Virus record (IMG/VR): IMGVR_UViG_3300032315_001604
Location: 32,001 to 96,000 of that record
Length of the DNA: 64,000 nt
From: a virus
Direction: 5' to 3' (one strand)
The notes beneath the pieces were generated by a model, which had not been told where the DNA came from, searched no databases, and saw only the letters and a list, made by a program, of their open reading frames with translations. Position 1 is the stretch's first letter. Each line of letters starts with the position of its first letter. The translations under genes and the position numbers were made by a program. Shown here in pieces: positions 55,976 to 64,000 of this stretch.

Positions 55976-55995
55976 AAACTTTTCGGCCTTTTTTT
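55956..55995. terminator. Rho-independent terminator, 17-bp perfect inverted repeat with A/T tracts on both sides
   Basis: AAAAAAGGCCGAAAAGT-CAAAA-ACTTTTCGGCCTTTTTT. Confidence 0.9.
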
Positions 55996-56009
55996 ACTTC
56001 TTATTTTTT

Positions 56010-56399
56010 TTATTCGTCAAACAGATTGATTACACCGCCTTGATCTTGTTGTTGAGGTTGTGGCGCAACATATGCATTATTGTTGTTAAACATTTGAGTA
56101 TATTGAGTTTGGAGTCTAAAATCCAAAGTTTCAATATTTGAAAGAGTGATTGTATCTTTTTTATAGTGCAAAATTACTTCAGAGCTTTTATCTGCTAAAA
56201 ATTCTCTAAAGAAAAGAGGGAAAAGTTGTACTGACATTTTTCCTGTTTGATCGCCGTTAATCATAATAACAACGGGATTTTTAACATTAAAATTTTTATC
56301 ATCGGTAGAATCTACTTTCTCACCAAGAATGAGTCTGCCAATACTATCCAAAAAGATAATAAGTGATGGTTTAGTTTCTGAGTTATTTTCTGTATTCAT
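56010..56399 (-). CDS. Hypothetical beta-rich protein, possibly Sm-like fold
   Basis: IFLDSIGRLILGE...VKNPV...SVQLFP; acidic hydrophobic tail INLFDE. Confidence 0.5.
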   Translation of the reverse strand: MNTENNSETKPSLIIFLDSIGRLILGEKVDSTDDKNFNVKNPVVIMINGDQTGKMSVQLFPLFFREFLADKSSEVILHYKKDTITLSNIETLDFRLQTQYTQMFNNNNAYVAPQPQQQDQGGVINLFDE

Positions 56400-56444
56400 A
56401 TACTATATAATATAGCAATGATTTATAAAAAATCAATAGTTTTT

Positions 56445-56672
56445 TTATAAAATTGATACAATTTCTTCACCAGCTATTGAAACTAATGTTTCACCGTTGA
56501 TACTTTCAAAAGTGGTTTCTTCGTTTATTTTACCTGTTGTAACTGACAAAGACCCTAAATTGTTTATAATAGAAAGCGGTGCAGTATTTTCTGTTGTGCT
56601 ATAGTTATAGCCATACTTCTTATGAATCATATAAGAAGCATTTCTTTTTTTAAAGTGTTGTATTCTAGCCAC
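56445..56672 (-). CDS. Hypothetical protein
   Basis: 75-aa ORF with GTG start after TAAATA. Confidence 0.4.
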   Translation of the reverse strand: MARIQHFKKRNASYMIHKKYGYNYSTTENTAPLSIINNLGSLSVTTGKINEETTFESINGETLVSIAGEEIVSIL

Positions 56673-56679
56673 TATATAT

Positions 56680-57324
56680 TTACCATTCGAGAGCTTCGCT
56701 AATATTTGGAAATATGTCTTTAAACGTATTTTTAAGTTCTATGGCAATTTCTCTATGTTCTTTTTGTGTATCTTGATTGGATCTCAAATCAATATAGTGA
56801 ATCCAAGAACGAATTGAACCTGACATATATAGTGTTGTTGAGGTATTTAAAGGAAGTATTGACCTTGCACATTCTTTTGCAACTCCTTTTGAGATTAAAT
56901 CATTATAAATTTTTATAGAATCTTCTTGCAACTTTTCGATTTTATCGAAAAGTTCAATATGCTCAGATATACTTAAAGGCTCATCGCCTACTTGTCTATT
57001 TGTTTTGCCTTGTTTTCTTAATTCAATTCTTTCTAATTCGGTTGCTGTAGAATATCTTTGACTGAATTCTTGAAAAGAAAAACTTCGATGTCTTAAAATT
57101 TGTGCAGCAATAGCTCTACTGGTTTGAATTTCAAAAGTAGCTGATACCATTTCAAATGGTGACCAATGTTTATGCTTAATAAGATATTTTAATAATTTTG
57201 GTGCAGTTTCTAAATTTAGTTGATTGGATGGATTACTGACTCTTGCACAATAAGAGATTAAATCTTCTGCGTTATTAATTCCATCTACTAATGGTTTTGA
57301 TATTGATATTAATTTAGTTTTCAT
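56680..57324 (-). CDS. thyX: Flavin-dependent thymidylate synthase
   Basis: H.SPFE, RHRSFSFQEFSQRY, E.AR.ILP, RSW.H...LR, Q.EHR. Confidence 0.97.
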   Translation of the reverse strand: MKTKLISISKPLVDGINNAEDLISYCARVSNPSNQLNLETAPKLLKYLIKHKHWSPFEMVSATFEIQTSRAIAAQILRHRSFSFQEFSQRYSTATELERIELRKQGKTNRQVGDEPLSISEHIELFDKIEKLQEDSIKIYNDLISKGVAKECARSILPLNTSTTLYMSGSIRSWIHYIDLRSNQDTQKEHREIAIELKNTFKDIFPNISEALEW

Positions 57325-59897
57325 GAGAATAATTCATTTAAATCTGTAACTTGTTCACAGCCTATAATAGGAACAGGCCATCCAATTGTAACAAAAACTC
57401 TTGCAATAACAGGTGCAACATTTTTTTCAAACATTAACTTGTAATCGGGTTTTAAACAAGAAAAAAACTCTTTTGGATAATCATTTAAAAATGCGACATT
57501 TGTAAAACCTAAAGAGTTTTTTAAACAATACAAAATTTTCATTTTTTCTCCACTACTAATTTTTTGATAAATGTCTGTTATTTTTAACTTTTCAATCAAA
57601 TTGTTATAGTTGATAGCCGCTTTAACGTGATTCGGTGTTCCTTTACCGAATTTATTATTTGAATCAATCATTCTAGAATATTTTTCTAGATTATTAATTT
57701 TTTTTCTTAAAGCTATAATATCAGGTGACATTTGACAAAATTTTTCATAACCTTCTTGAAAAATTCTACTAGCAGTTTTCTTTTCTTTAGAAATTAAAGC
57801 TGTCTCAATAACATTTTTAATCAAATCTTTAACGTCTTTCGATAAGATGGATTTGGCTACTTCTATGCCTTTATATTCAAATTTATCGGTCTTAACGCCT
57901 TCTTTATCTAAAATATGCAGAATATAAAACTTTTTCTTTTGAAGAAGGGCTACATCGCAAATTTTTTCTCTTTTAAAGAAGTATCTACTGTCTATTGATT
58001 TAAATTCATTTTTTGCCCATTCGTTAATTTCTAAATTTAGAATTTTTCCAAATTCTTCGATTAATTTGTTAGCTTCATTAGAAATATTATTGTTATCGTC
58101 CTTTAAAAGAATATTTTTTATTTTAAAAATATCTTTAAATGAAAAGAATTCACTATCCGTATCCTGATATATGCAGATATCTTGCTCTTCTCCTCTAAAT
58201 CCTAAAGTCTTTGCATGTTCATATATGATTTTCGACCCTTGCTTAACAACAGCTTGACCAGAAAGAGTTACGCTTTCGGCATGATCTATATCAAAAAGTG
58301 GTGAATAGATTTGAGAGAAAACACCATAAATTGAATTTAAAAAGACTTTATATACGCTTTCAAGCGTTGTATTATCAACAATTTCTTCTTTTAATAAAGC
58401 TATTTCTTTTTCGTCTGTAGTTTTTTTAAGCTTTTTCTTGGATTCCAACATTTTTGTTTTAGCTGTTACACGTTCTTTATAAAGTTTATCGATTAAATTT
58501 GGTACTATACCTTTAAATTTTTGAGTGTATAAAATATTTGCTTTAGTGATAGAAAGCTTTTCTTTTTCGACTAGTCTATCAAATTTTTCTTTTTCTAGAT
58601 TTACTATTTTTTCATTCGTGAGTTTGATTGTGTATATATTATCTTCTATTTTAAGAATCTTTCCTATTTTTGTTTCGGTAGAAATATTTAAAGTTATGAT
58701 TGTATTGGGATACAGACTGTTGGCATCGTATGTTACAACATCTTCGTATAGACCAGGTTTTGGTTCCAAAACAAAACCTCCAGCAAAACTTTGTTTAATA
58801 TTTTCCACATTAAACGTAGGAATTATTTTTTCTTCTTTTAAAGCTTGATGTGCTACTGCACCAGTAATTAAAGAAACTTTGCCCATAGACTTTTCAAATG
58901 GAATAAATCCTTTATAAGACAAATTTCTAATAAGTTTTAGATATTTTAGCTTCTCTTCTAATTTAATTAAAAGTTTAACGTCTTGAATATTATATTCAAC
59001 AAAAGTTTTCCAATCATTATCTGCTAAATCCGCAAGAGATGAATTAACGTATGCTACTTTACTTTCTCCTAATTCATATTCAGATATATAATTTAAACTA
59101 TAAGATTCTCTGTCTCCTAATGTAAAAGTTTTATAAACTTCCATGTAATCTAAAACACTAATACCATAGATATACCATCTATCAATAGCTTTACCTAGTT
59201 TATTGACTGCTACATTTTCTCTAAAATATAAACGTTGAACAGGAGATAGTTTTCGTGCTTCTTCTTCTCCTAAAATAATAGTAATTCTGTTTATGATATA
59301 AGGAATATCATATCCTGAAATATTCCAACCTGTTATACAATCGGGTGGATCTTTTTGCCAAAAGTCTAAAAATCTTTTTAAGAGGCTTTCTTCATTATGA
59401 CACTTTATATAAATTTCATCAGGATTTTTCGAAATATAATCTTTTTTTAACCCCCATGTATAATATTTTTCATCTATGGAATCATAGACAGTGATCAAAT
59501 TGATAAGATCTGTAGCATCTTTTGGTGAAGCAAACCCATTTTTTCCATACGTTTCGATATCGAAATAAAATATTTTAAGTTTGTTTTTACTGAAGTCAGA
59601 ATTTTCTGATGTATTCTTATATGTATCGAGAAGATATTGTTGCTCGCAATTTAAATTATAAAAAACTCTTTTGATCGTCGTTTCGTTTAAAAATTTACTT
59701 CTTTCAAATTGATTTCTAAATTTCACCTTTTTAAGGGGTGTATTAAAAATTGATACTCCATCTGTACCATTAGTAGATTCTATGTAAATATAAGGCTCAA
59801 AGCTATTTACAATTTTGATTCTTTGACCGTTTTCATCCCATGTCCAAAGATGAATAGCCTCTCCGCGAGGATCATAATAGACGTTTCTATAGCCCAT
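57321..59897 (-). CDS. gp43: Family B DNA polymerase, T4 gp43-like
   Basis: Exo motifs FDIET, GWN..GYD, YNIQDV; Pol motifs YDANSLYP, KVFLNSIYG, YQDTDS, KKFY, KGIE. Confidence 0.97.
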   Translation of the reverse strand: MGYRNVYYDPRGEAIHLWTWDENGQRIKIVNSFEPYIYIESTNGTDGVSIFNTPLKKVKFRNQFERSKFLNETTIKRVFYNLNCEQQYLLDTYKNTSENSDFSKNKLKIFYFDIETYGKNGFASPKDATDLINLITVYDSIDEKYYTWGLKKDYISKNPDEIYIKCHNEESLLKRFLDFWQKDPPDCITGWNISGYDIPYIINRITIILGEEEARKLSPVQRLYFRENVAVNKLGKAIDRWYIYGISVLDYMEVYKTFTLGDRESYSLNYISEYELGESKVAYVNSSLADLADNDWKTFVEYNIQDVKLLIKLEEKLKYLKLIRNLSYKGFIPFEKSMGKVSLITGAVAHQALKEEKIIPTFNVENIKQSFAGGFVLEPKPGLYEDVVTYDANSLYPNTIITLNISTETKIGKILKIEDNIYTIKLTNEKIVNLEKEKFDRLVEKEKLSITKANILYTQKFKGIVPNLIDKLYKERVTAKTKMLESKKKLKKTTDEKEIALLKEEIVDNTTLESVYKVFLNSIYGVFSQIYSPLFDIDHAESVTLSGQAVVKQGSKIIYEHAKTLGFRGEEQDICIYQDTDSEFFSFKDIFKIKNILLKDDNNNISNEANKLIEEFGKILNLEINEWAKNEFKSIDSRYFFKREKICDVALLQKKKFYILHILDKEGVKTDKFEYKGIEVAKSILSKDVKDLIKNVIETALISKEKKTASRIFQEGYEKFCQMSPDIIALRKKINNLEKYSRMIDSNNKFGKGTPNHVKAAINYNNLIEKLKITDIYQKISSGEKMKILYCLKNSLGFTNVAFLNDYPKEFFSCLKPDYKLMFEKNVAPVIARVFVTIGWPVPIIGCEQVTDLNELFS

Positions 59898-59903
59898 TTT
59901 TAT

Positions 59904-59933
59904 ATTGTCTCATACTTTGCTTAAAAAGCAAAG
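59904..59933 (-). promoter_or_regulatory. sigma70-type promoter of the polymerase, overlapped by an 8-bp inverted repeat
   Basis: Minus strand TTGCTT-16 nt-GACAAT, ATG 6 nt later; CTTTGCTT-AAA-AAGCAAAG at 59915-59933. Confidence 0.5.
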
Positions 59934-59936
59934 AGT

Positions 59937-61253
59937 TTAAGCTTTTTGATCAGGGTTATTTTTAATCAATTGTGGTGACTTTTCGTTTCTTTCTTTTGAA
60001 CCAAAAGATGTAAAATACAGAGCTTCGTATTCGTCTAAATGATCTTCTAGCCATAAACCATCAACAAATTTTCTAGATTCCTCGGACATTCTCATATATC
60101 TATCAAAATCGGATGTGATATGATCCAATTGATCAATTAATTCACTACCATTTTTAAATTTTATTTCTGCATCTTCATATGTACATAGATCTTGATAAGC
60201 TCCTGGTATACCTAATGCACCCGCTTCAATCATTTTAATATTGCTTTTTGATTTATTAAAAACATTATCCATTAATGGAGCAAACGCAACGTTACAGTTT
60301 GTATCATATAAACCTTTTGGATAATCAAATAAAGCAGACCAATCGATATATTCCATTTCACCATTATCAATAAATGGTTTTACTGCTAGTGGATAACAAC
60401 CCTTCCAAACAAATTTAAATTTTTTACGAGCTTTAATGATTGCATCTACAACGTGAGCAAAATCATCATTCATTCCTGTTCGGTTTAAGACATCGATATG
60501 CGTTCCTGATCCTGAATATAAAATACGAGGACGTTTTTTATTTTTTTCATATAAACTCTCAATACGTTTTTTATCATAAAACCTATCCAACCAAAATTTT
60601 GGAGGATAATTTGGTATAACTGTTACATTTTTATTTCCAGTTTTAGAAATATAGTAATCTTTCATGTATTTGCATGTGACGGATATTTCATCCATCTCCG
60701 ACATGATTTCTAAAATACTTTTTACGATTGTTGGATCAACAAAAGCATCTTTGCAACGATTATAATCAGGAATATCGTCTTTGAAAACGATATCATCGAT
60801 TTCATAAATTAAACGAAAACCCATTTGTGATCTCGTTTTAGATAGCTCTTTGATAAATGCATTTTGGATTGGTGTAGCCTGTCTTTGCATTCTTATAGCC
60901 TTTAACGGTCCATAAAATCGCATATCGAGTATCATCTGTGTAAGACCTGAAATACATGCTTTATGATATCCGTTTAATAAAAATTCAGGCCATACCATAC
61001 GCCAAAACCCACAACCACCATAATCTGCATAATAGTTTAAAGCTCTTGGTAGATTGGCTTCAGGCATTTCGATTGGCGGTGGTTGTGGGATATGTACAGG
61101 TTGTGGAGCAGCATAACTATACTTCGGTGCTCCTATAGGCATTCCCATCGGAGCAAATGGAATACTCGTTTGTATTGGTTTATATTGAAATACTACGTTA
61201 GAACCATTACTTTGTTCCACAGTAGGAGTATTTGATTTAATTTTTAATGCCAT
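59937..61253 (-). CDS. Glycosyltransferase (GT-B-like) with a Pro-rich N-terminal extension
   Basis: D.GGCGFWR..WP, YEIDD, ISVT...M..Y, VIPNY, APL.DN.FN..KSNIK.IEAGALG.P. Confidence 0.85.
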   Translation of the reverse strand: MALKIKSNTPTVEQSNGSNVVFQYKPIQTSIPFAPMGMPIGAPKYSYAAPQPVHIPQPPPIEMPEANLPRALNYYADYGGCGFWRMVWPEFLLNGYHKACISGLTQMILDMRFYGPLKAIRMQRQATPIQNAFIKELSKTRSQMGFRLIYEIDDIVFKDDIPDYNRCKDAFVDPTIVKSILEIMSEMDEISVTCKYMKDYYISKTGNKNVTVIPNYPPKFWLDRFYDKKRIESLYEKNKKRPRILYSGSGTHIDVLNRTGMNDDFAHVVDAIIKARKKFKFVWKGCYPLAVKPFIDNGEMEYIDWSALFDYPKGLYDTNCNVAFAPLMDNVFNKSKSNIKMIEAGALGIPGAYQDLCTYEDAEIKFKNGSELIDQLDHITSDFDRYMRMSEESRKFVDGLWLEDHLDEYEALYFTSFGSKERNEKSPQLIKNNPDQKA

Positions 61254-61282
61254 AATAAGATTTAATATTTAAAATGTTCTTT

Positions 61283-63082
61283 TCAAGAGATCATTTGAGT
61301 CTGGTTTTTGTTTTTTTGTAAAAAAATCACATTATCAAAATTGTTTTTAATTGAAGATTTGTTATGAGAAACAATATATATCGATTCTTCATTTAAATCC
61401 ACTCTATTCTTTAGAATATCCATAATTTTTTGTATTCCTGCTTCATCTATAGCAGAATCAAATAATTCATCATACATGCTTAATGAAAAGAAAGTTCCAG
61501 AATAAAATCGTAAAATGTCTTGAAACATAAAAAGTATAGACAAATCTATTCTTTTTCTTTCGCCGCCACTAAAGTTAAAATAAGAACATTCTTTACCTTC
61601 CAAATTTTTTATAGTTTCTTCAAATTGTTCGTTAAATACGCAAGTACATGGAGCATCTAATTTTTTAAGATAAAAATTCAATTTTTCATTTAATATATCT
61701 AACAGTTTTTTTACAATAAATGTTTTTACTCCTTCTTCTGATAAGACAAACTTAACAGAATCCAAAATAGATATATCTTTTTTTATTTCTTTTAATTTAC
61801 TTTCTAAATCTTTTATATTTTCATTTATTTTTTTAATTTCTTCTTCTGATGGATCTTTTTCTTTTTCTAAATCTACAATGAATTGTTCGTAGTCTTTAAT
61901 TTTATTATTGAACTCTTTAATTTTTTCATCTTTGGCTTCTGTGGCGTTTTTTAATTGTTCTAACTCTTTAATTTTTAAATTTATTTGTGCTATTGCACTT
62001 TTAATTTCACTTTTTTTATCATTTTGTTTTTTTAAATCGTTAAAAGCCAATGTTTTACTTTCATTTAATTCTTTTAAATTTTTTTCTATTTGCTCTGTTT
62101 TTTCTTTTACAATTTTTATTTCATCCTCAGAATATGCTCTATTACAGACAGGACATATCTCTTTTTTTTGAGATAATGTCATTTTTTCTTTTTGTATTTG
62201 TTCGAGTTTGACTTTAATTTCTGTATGATTGTTACTGAGTTGTACAATTTCTTCTTCTTTTTCGCTCAAAATCATATTTGCTTGTGATAGTTTATCTTGA
62301 GCAGTTTGAAGTTTTTTTGTTATATCCGTGATGTTTACGTTTTGTTTTTGTATTTTTTCTATTTCGTTTTTGATATTACTGATAGTTATATTAAAATTTT
62401 TTATTTTATCGTTTTTAGTTTCTTGGTATTTTTTAGATTGTTTTTCAAAAATTTCTAAATTTTTTTGTTGGTTGATAAAGTCGTTGCATTTAATATCGTT
62501 TTCTTTTTTAACGTCATTAAAATCTGATCTGGTTTTTAACAACATATCTGTAAAAATGTTTAAGTTAAAAACTCCCTCTAAAAACTTTCTTTTATCAATT
62601 TTTTTCTGTGCCATGAAAGGCAGTGTGTTATTAGCCGTCATAATGACAGCATTATTAAAAAGTTCTTCGTTTGCCCCTAATAAGGTTTTTATGAAATCAT
62701 CATTATTTGGTATAGTTGATAATGTAACATCTTTATCATCACAAAAAATTTGTATTTTACTTGGTCCTAAAAATCTTTTAATGTTGTAAGTTGATGTTGT
62801 TTTGTCATGATTAATGATATCGAAAAACAATGAGACTTCGCAGTCTTTTTTTGTTTTATTGTGTATAATTTTATCGTTTTTAATTTCTCTGATAGTATTT
62901 CCAAAAATACACCAATAAATAGCCTCTATTATAGATGATTTACCTACACCATTGCGTGTGCCGTTATCTAAGTTATCGCCTGTTATTAAATTTATACCTT
63001 TAGAAAAGTTTAAAGATATAGGATTTTCCCCAATAGATAAAAAGTTTTTAATAAAAATTGATTTAAATGCAATTTTTTTCAC
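61283..63082 (-). CDS. gp46: SMC-like recombination ATPase, T4 gp46/SbcC-like
   Basis: NFLSIG, NGVGKSS Walker A, coiled coil with CPVC hook, FSGGERKR signature, DELFDS, VSH. Confidence 0.96.
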   Translation of the reverse strand: MKKIAFKSIFIKNFLSIGENPISLNFSKGINLITGDNLDNGTRNGVGKSSIIEAIYWCIFGNTIREIKNDKIIHNKTKKDCEVSLFFDIINHDKTTSTYNIKRFLGPSKIQIFCDDKDVTLSTIPNNDDFIKTLLGANEELFNNAVIMTANNTLPFMAQKKIDKRKFLEGVFNLNIFTDMLLKTRSDFNDVKKENDIKCNDFINQQKNLEIFEKQSKKYQETKNDKIKNFNITISNIKNEIEKIQKQNVNITDITKKLQTAQDKLSQANMILSEKEEEIVQLSNNHTEIKVKLEQIQKEKMTLSQKKEICPVCNRAYSEDEIKIVKEKTEQIEKNLKELNESKTLAFNDLKKQNDKKSEIKSAIAQINLKIKELEQLKNATEAKDEKIKEFNNKIKDYEQFIVDLEKEKDPSEEEIKKINENIKDLESKLKEIKKDISILDSVKFVLSEEGVKTFIVKKLLDILNEKLNFYLKKLDAPCTCVFNEQFEETIKNLEGKECSYFNFSGGERKRIDLSILFMFQDILRFYSGTFFSLSMYDELFDSAIDEAGIQKIMDILKNRVDLNEESIYIVSHNKSSIKNNFDNVIFLQKNKNQTQMIS

Positions 63083-63103
63083 TGATACTAAATTATATCA
63101 CAC

Positions 63104-63964
63104 TTAATTTTTTTGTAAAGTATCAATCAAATATTTGGCTGATGCGATGGTAGTTAAATGTTTTTTAGTGTGTTCAAAAACTTCATTTAAAAGTTCATAA
63201 TATCTATCATTGACTGTTCCGCTGTTAAAAATGCCGTTTGCTTCAAGTATTTCATTTTTAGGAAAATTAAACATAGTTTGAGATGGGCAACGTTCTAGAT
63301 CTGGAAAATGTGGCATACAATAATTTGCTAAAATCTCATAATGTCTCATGCAATCCCATCCACCTTTTTTATGTGTTCTACCAAAAAATGCTTCTTTATA
63401 GTTATTATAATATTCTTTTTCTGATTGATATATGTAACCAGAACCAGAATTACTAGGCAAATAATCTGCTAAAAACTTAGTTTTTTCAATTTTTGATATA
63501 TCTGTAACAATTTTTTCTTCAGGAATAGAAAAAGATATCGGATATATTTTTGGTATATTAACTAACAATTCCCTTTTAAAAAAGGGAATATTTTTTGTAT
63601 TGACTAATATATAGTCATCTTCTCCATCTACAGCCGCAATTTTATCTTTAGGATAGTTTTCCACAACCAAATTCAAATAATCTTTGCAACGACGAATACT
63701 ACCATAAACAATATAATCAAAATATTTGTTTTTAATTTTTAATTCTATATCAGATTTATCATTTAAATACTTGGGAAGATTGCCCCAAATGGTAAATCCC
63801 TTACCTGAACTGTTAAGTAGCTGTTCAGGTGTTGTGTGTTCTTTATACATTAAAAAATAGTCATCGGTGTGTGTTAAGTCTTCTCCTAATAAGCTATATA
63901 AGCCGTGTAAAAGACAATCACACTGGTAATCTGGTTGTCCTAAAGATATAAAAAGAACTTTCAT
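63104..63964 (-). CDS. Glycosyltransferase-like protein; start moved from 64000 to ATG 63964
   Basis: DYQCD.LLHG, VDGED, FFKREL, FG.T.KKGGWDCMRHYEI.A..C.P, typical of viral GT-B-like proteins. Confidence 0.7.
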   Translation of the reverse strand: MKVLFISLGQPDYQCDCLLHGLYSLLGEDLTHTDDYFLMYKEHTTPEQLLNSSGKGFTIWGNLPKYLNDKSDIELKIKNKYFDYIVYGSIRRCKDYLNLVVENYPKDKIAAVDGEDDYILVNTKNIPFFKRELLVNIPKIYPISFSIPEEKIVTDISKIEKTKFLADYLPSNSGSGYIYQSEKEYYNNYKEAFFGRTHKKGGWDCMRHYEILANYCMPHFPDLERCPSQTMFNFPKNEILEANGIFNSGTVNDRYYELLNEVFEHTKKHLTTIASAKYLIDTLQKN

Positions 63965-64000
63965 TTTAGATAAATTTATAAAAATTTTGAAACCAATCAC

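Noticed and set aside
18077-59897. Inteins or self-splicing introns in nrdJ, terminase, helicase, uvsX, thyX or polB
   Set aside because: All have normal lengths with contiguous motifs, and no intergenic gap is large enough for an intron
59-62789. Short antisense or nested ORFs in the track (e.g. 59-250, 2032-2334, 18289-18586, 34111-34395, 55034-55351, 61908-62789)
   Set aside because: They lie inside well-supported genes and show the Phe/Ser/Ile/Leu-rich composition expected from shadows of AT-rich coding DNA
1-64000. Stop-codon reassignment
   Set aside because: Conserved genes are full length and tightly packed under the standard code, and TAA, TAG and TGA all end genes

Overview
This window is a gene-dense, very AT-rich fragment of a large T4-like myovirus (contractile-tailed dsDNA phage), using the standard genetic code. 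From left to right: (1) 1-5.7 kb holds a tRNA end, three Gly/Ser/Thr-rich fibre or adhesin-like genes (two are tandem paralogues sharing a 77-bp identical start), and tRNA-Val and tRNA-Ala. (2) 5.7-22.7 kb is an accessory and nucleotide-metabolism region: SemiSWEET-type transporter, metallophosphoesterases, P-loop kinase, Rnl1 RNA ligase, dUTPase, DenV-like glycosylase, HNH, dCMP deaminase, NRS/ER-type NDP-sugar epimerase/reductase, class II ribonucleotide reductase, AAA ATPase and a PD-(D/E)XK nuclease. (3) 22.7-48 kb is head/neck/tail/baseplate morphogenesis: neck protein, PhoH, sheath, tube paralogues, tape measure, large terminase, hub, and a split gp5 spike with a CHAP-like amidase inserted. 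(4) 48-64 kb is a minus-strand replication block: clamp, gp32, DHH phosphoesterase, helicase, UvsX/RecA, ThyX, PolB, gp46 and two glycosyltransferases. No CRISPR array, intein, intron or reverse transcriptase was seen. The best candidates for new biology are a virus-encoded sugar synthesis and transfer set, the amidase-bearing split spike with an amphipathic partner gene, apparently leaderless transcription of many genes, a family of putative capsid-targeted proteins, and a DHH enzyme inside the replisome operon. All assignments come from motifs read by eye; no database searches were run.
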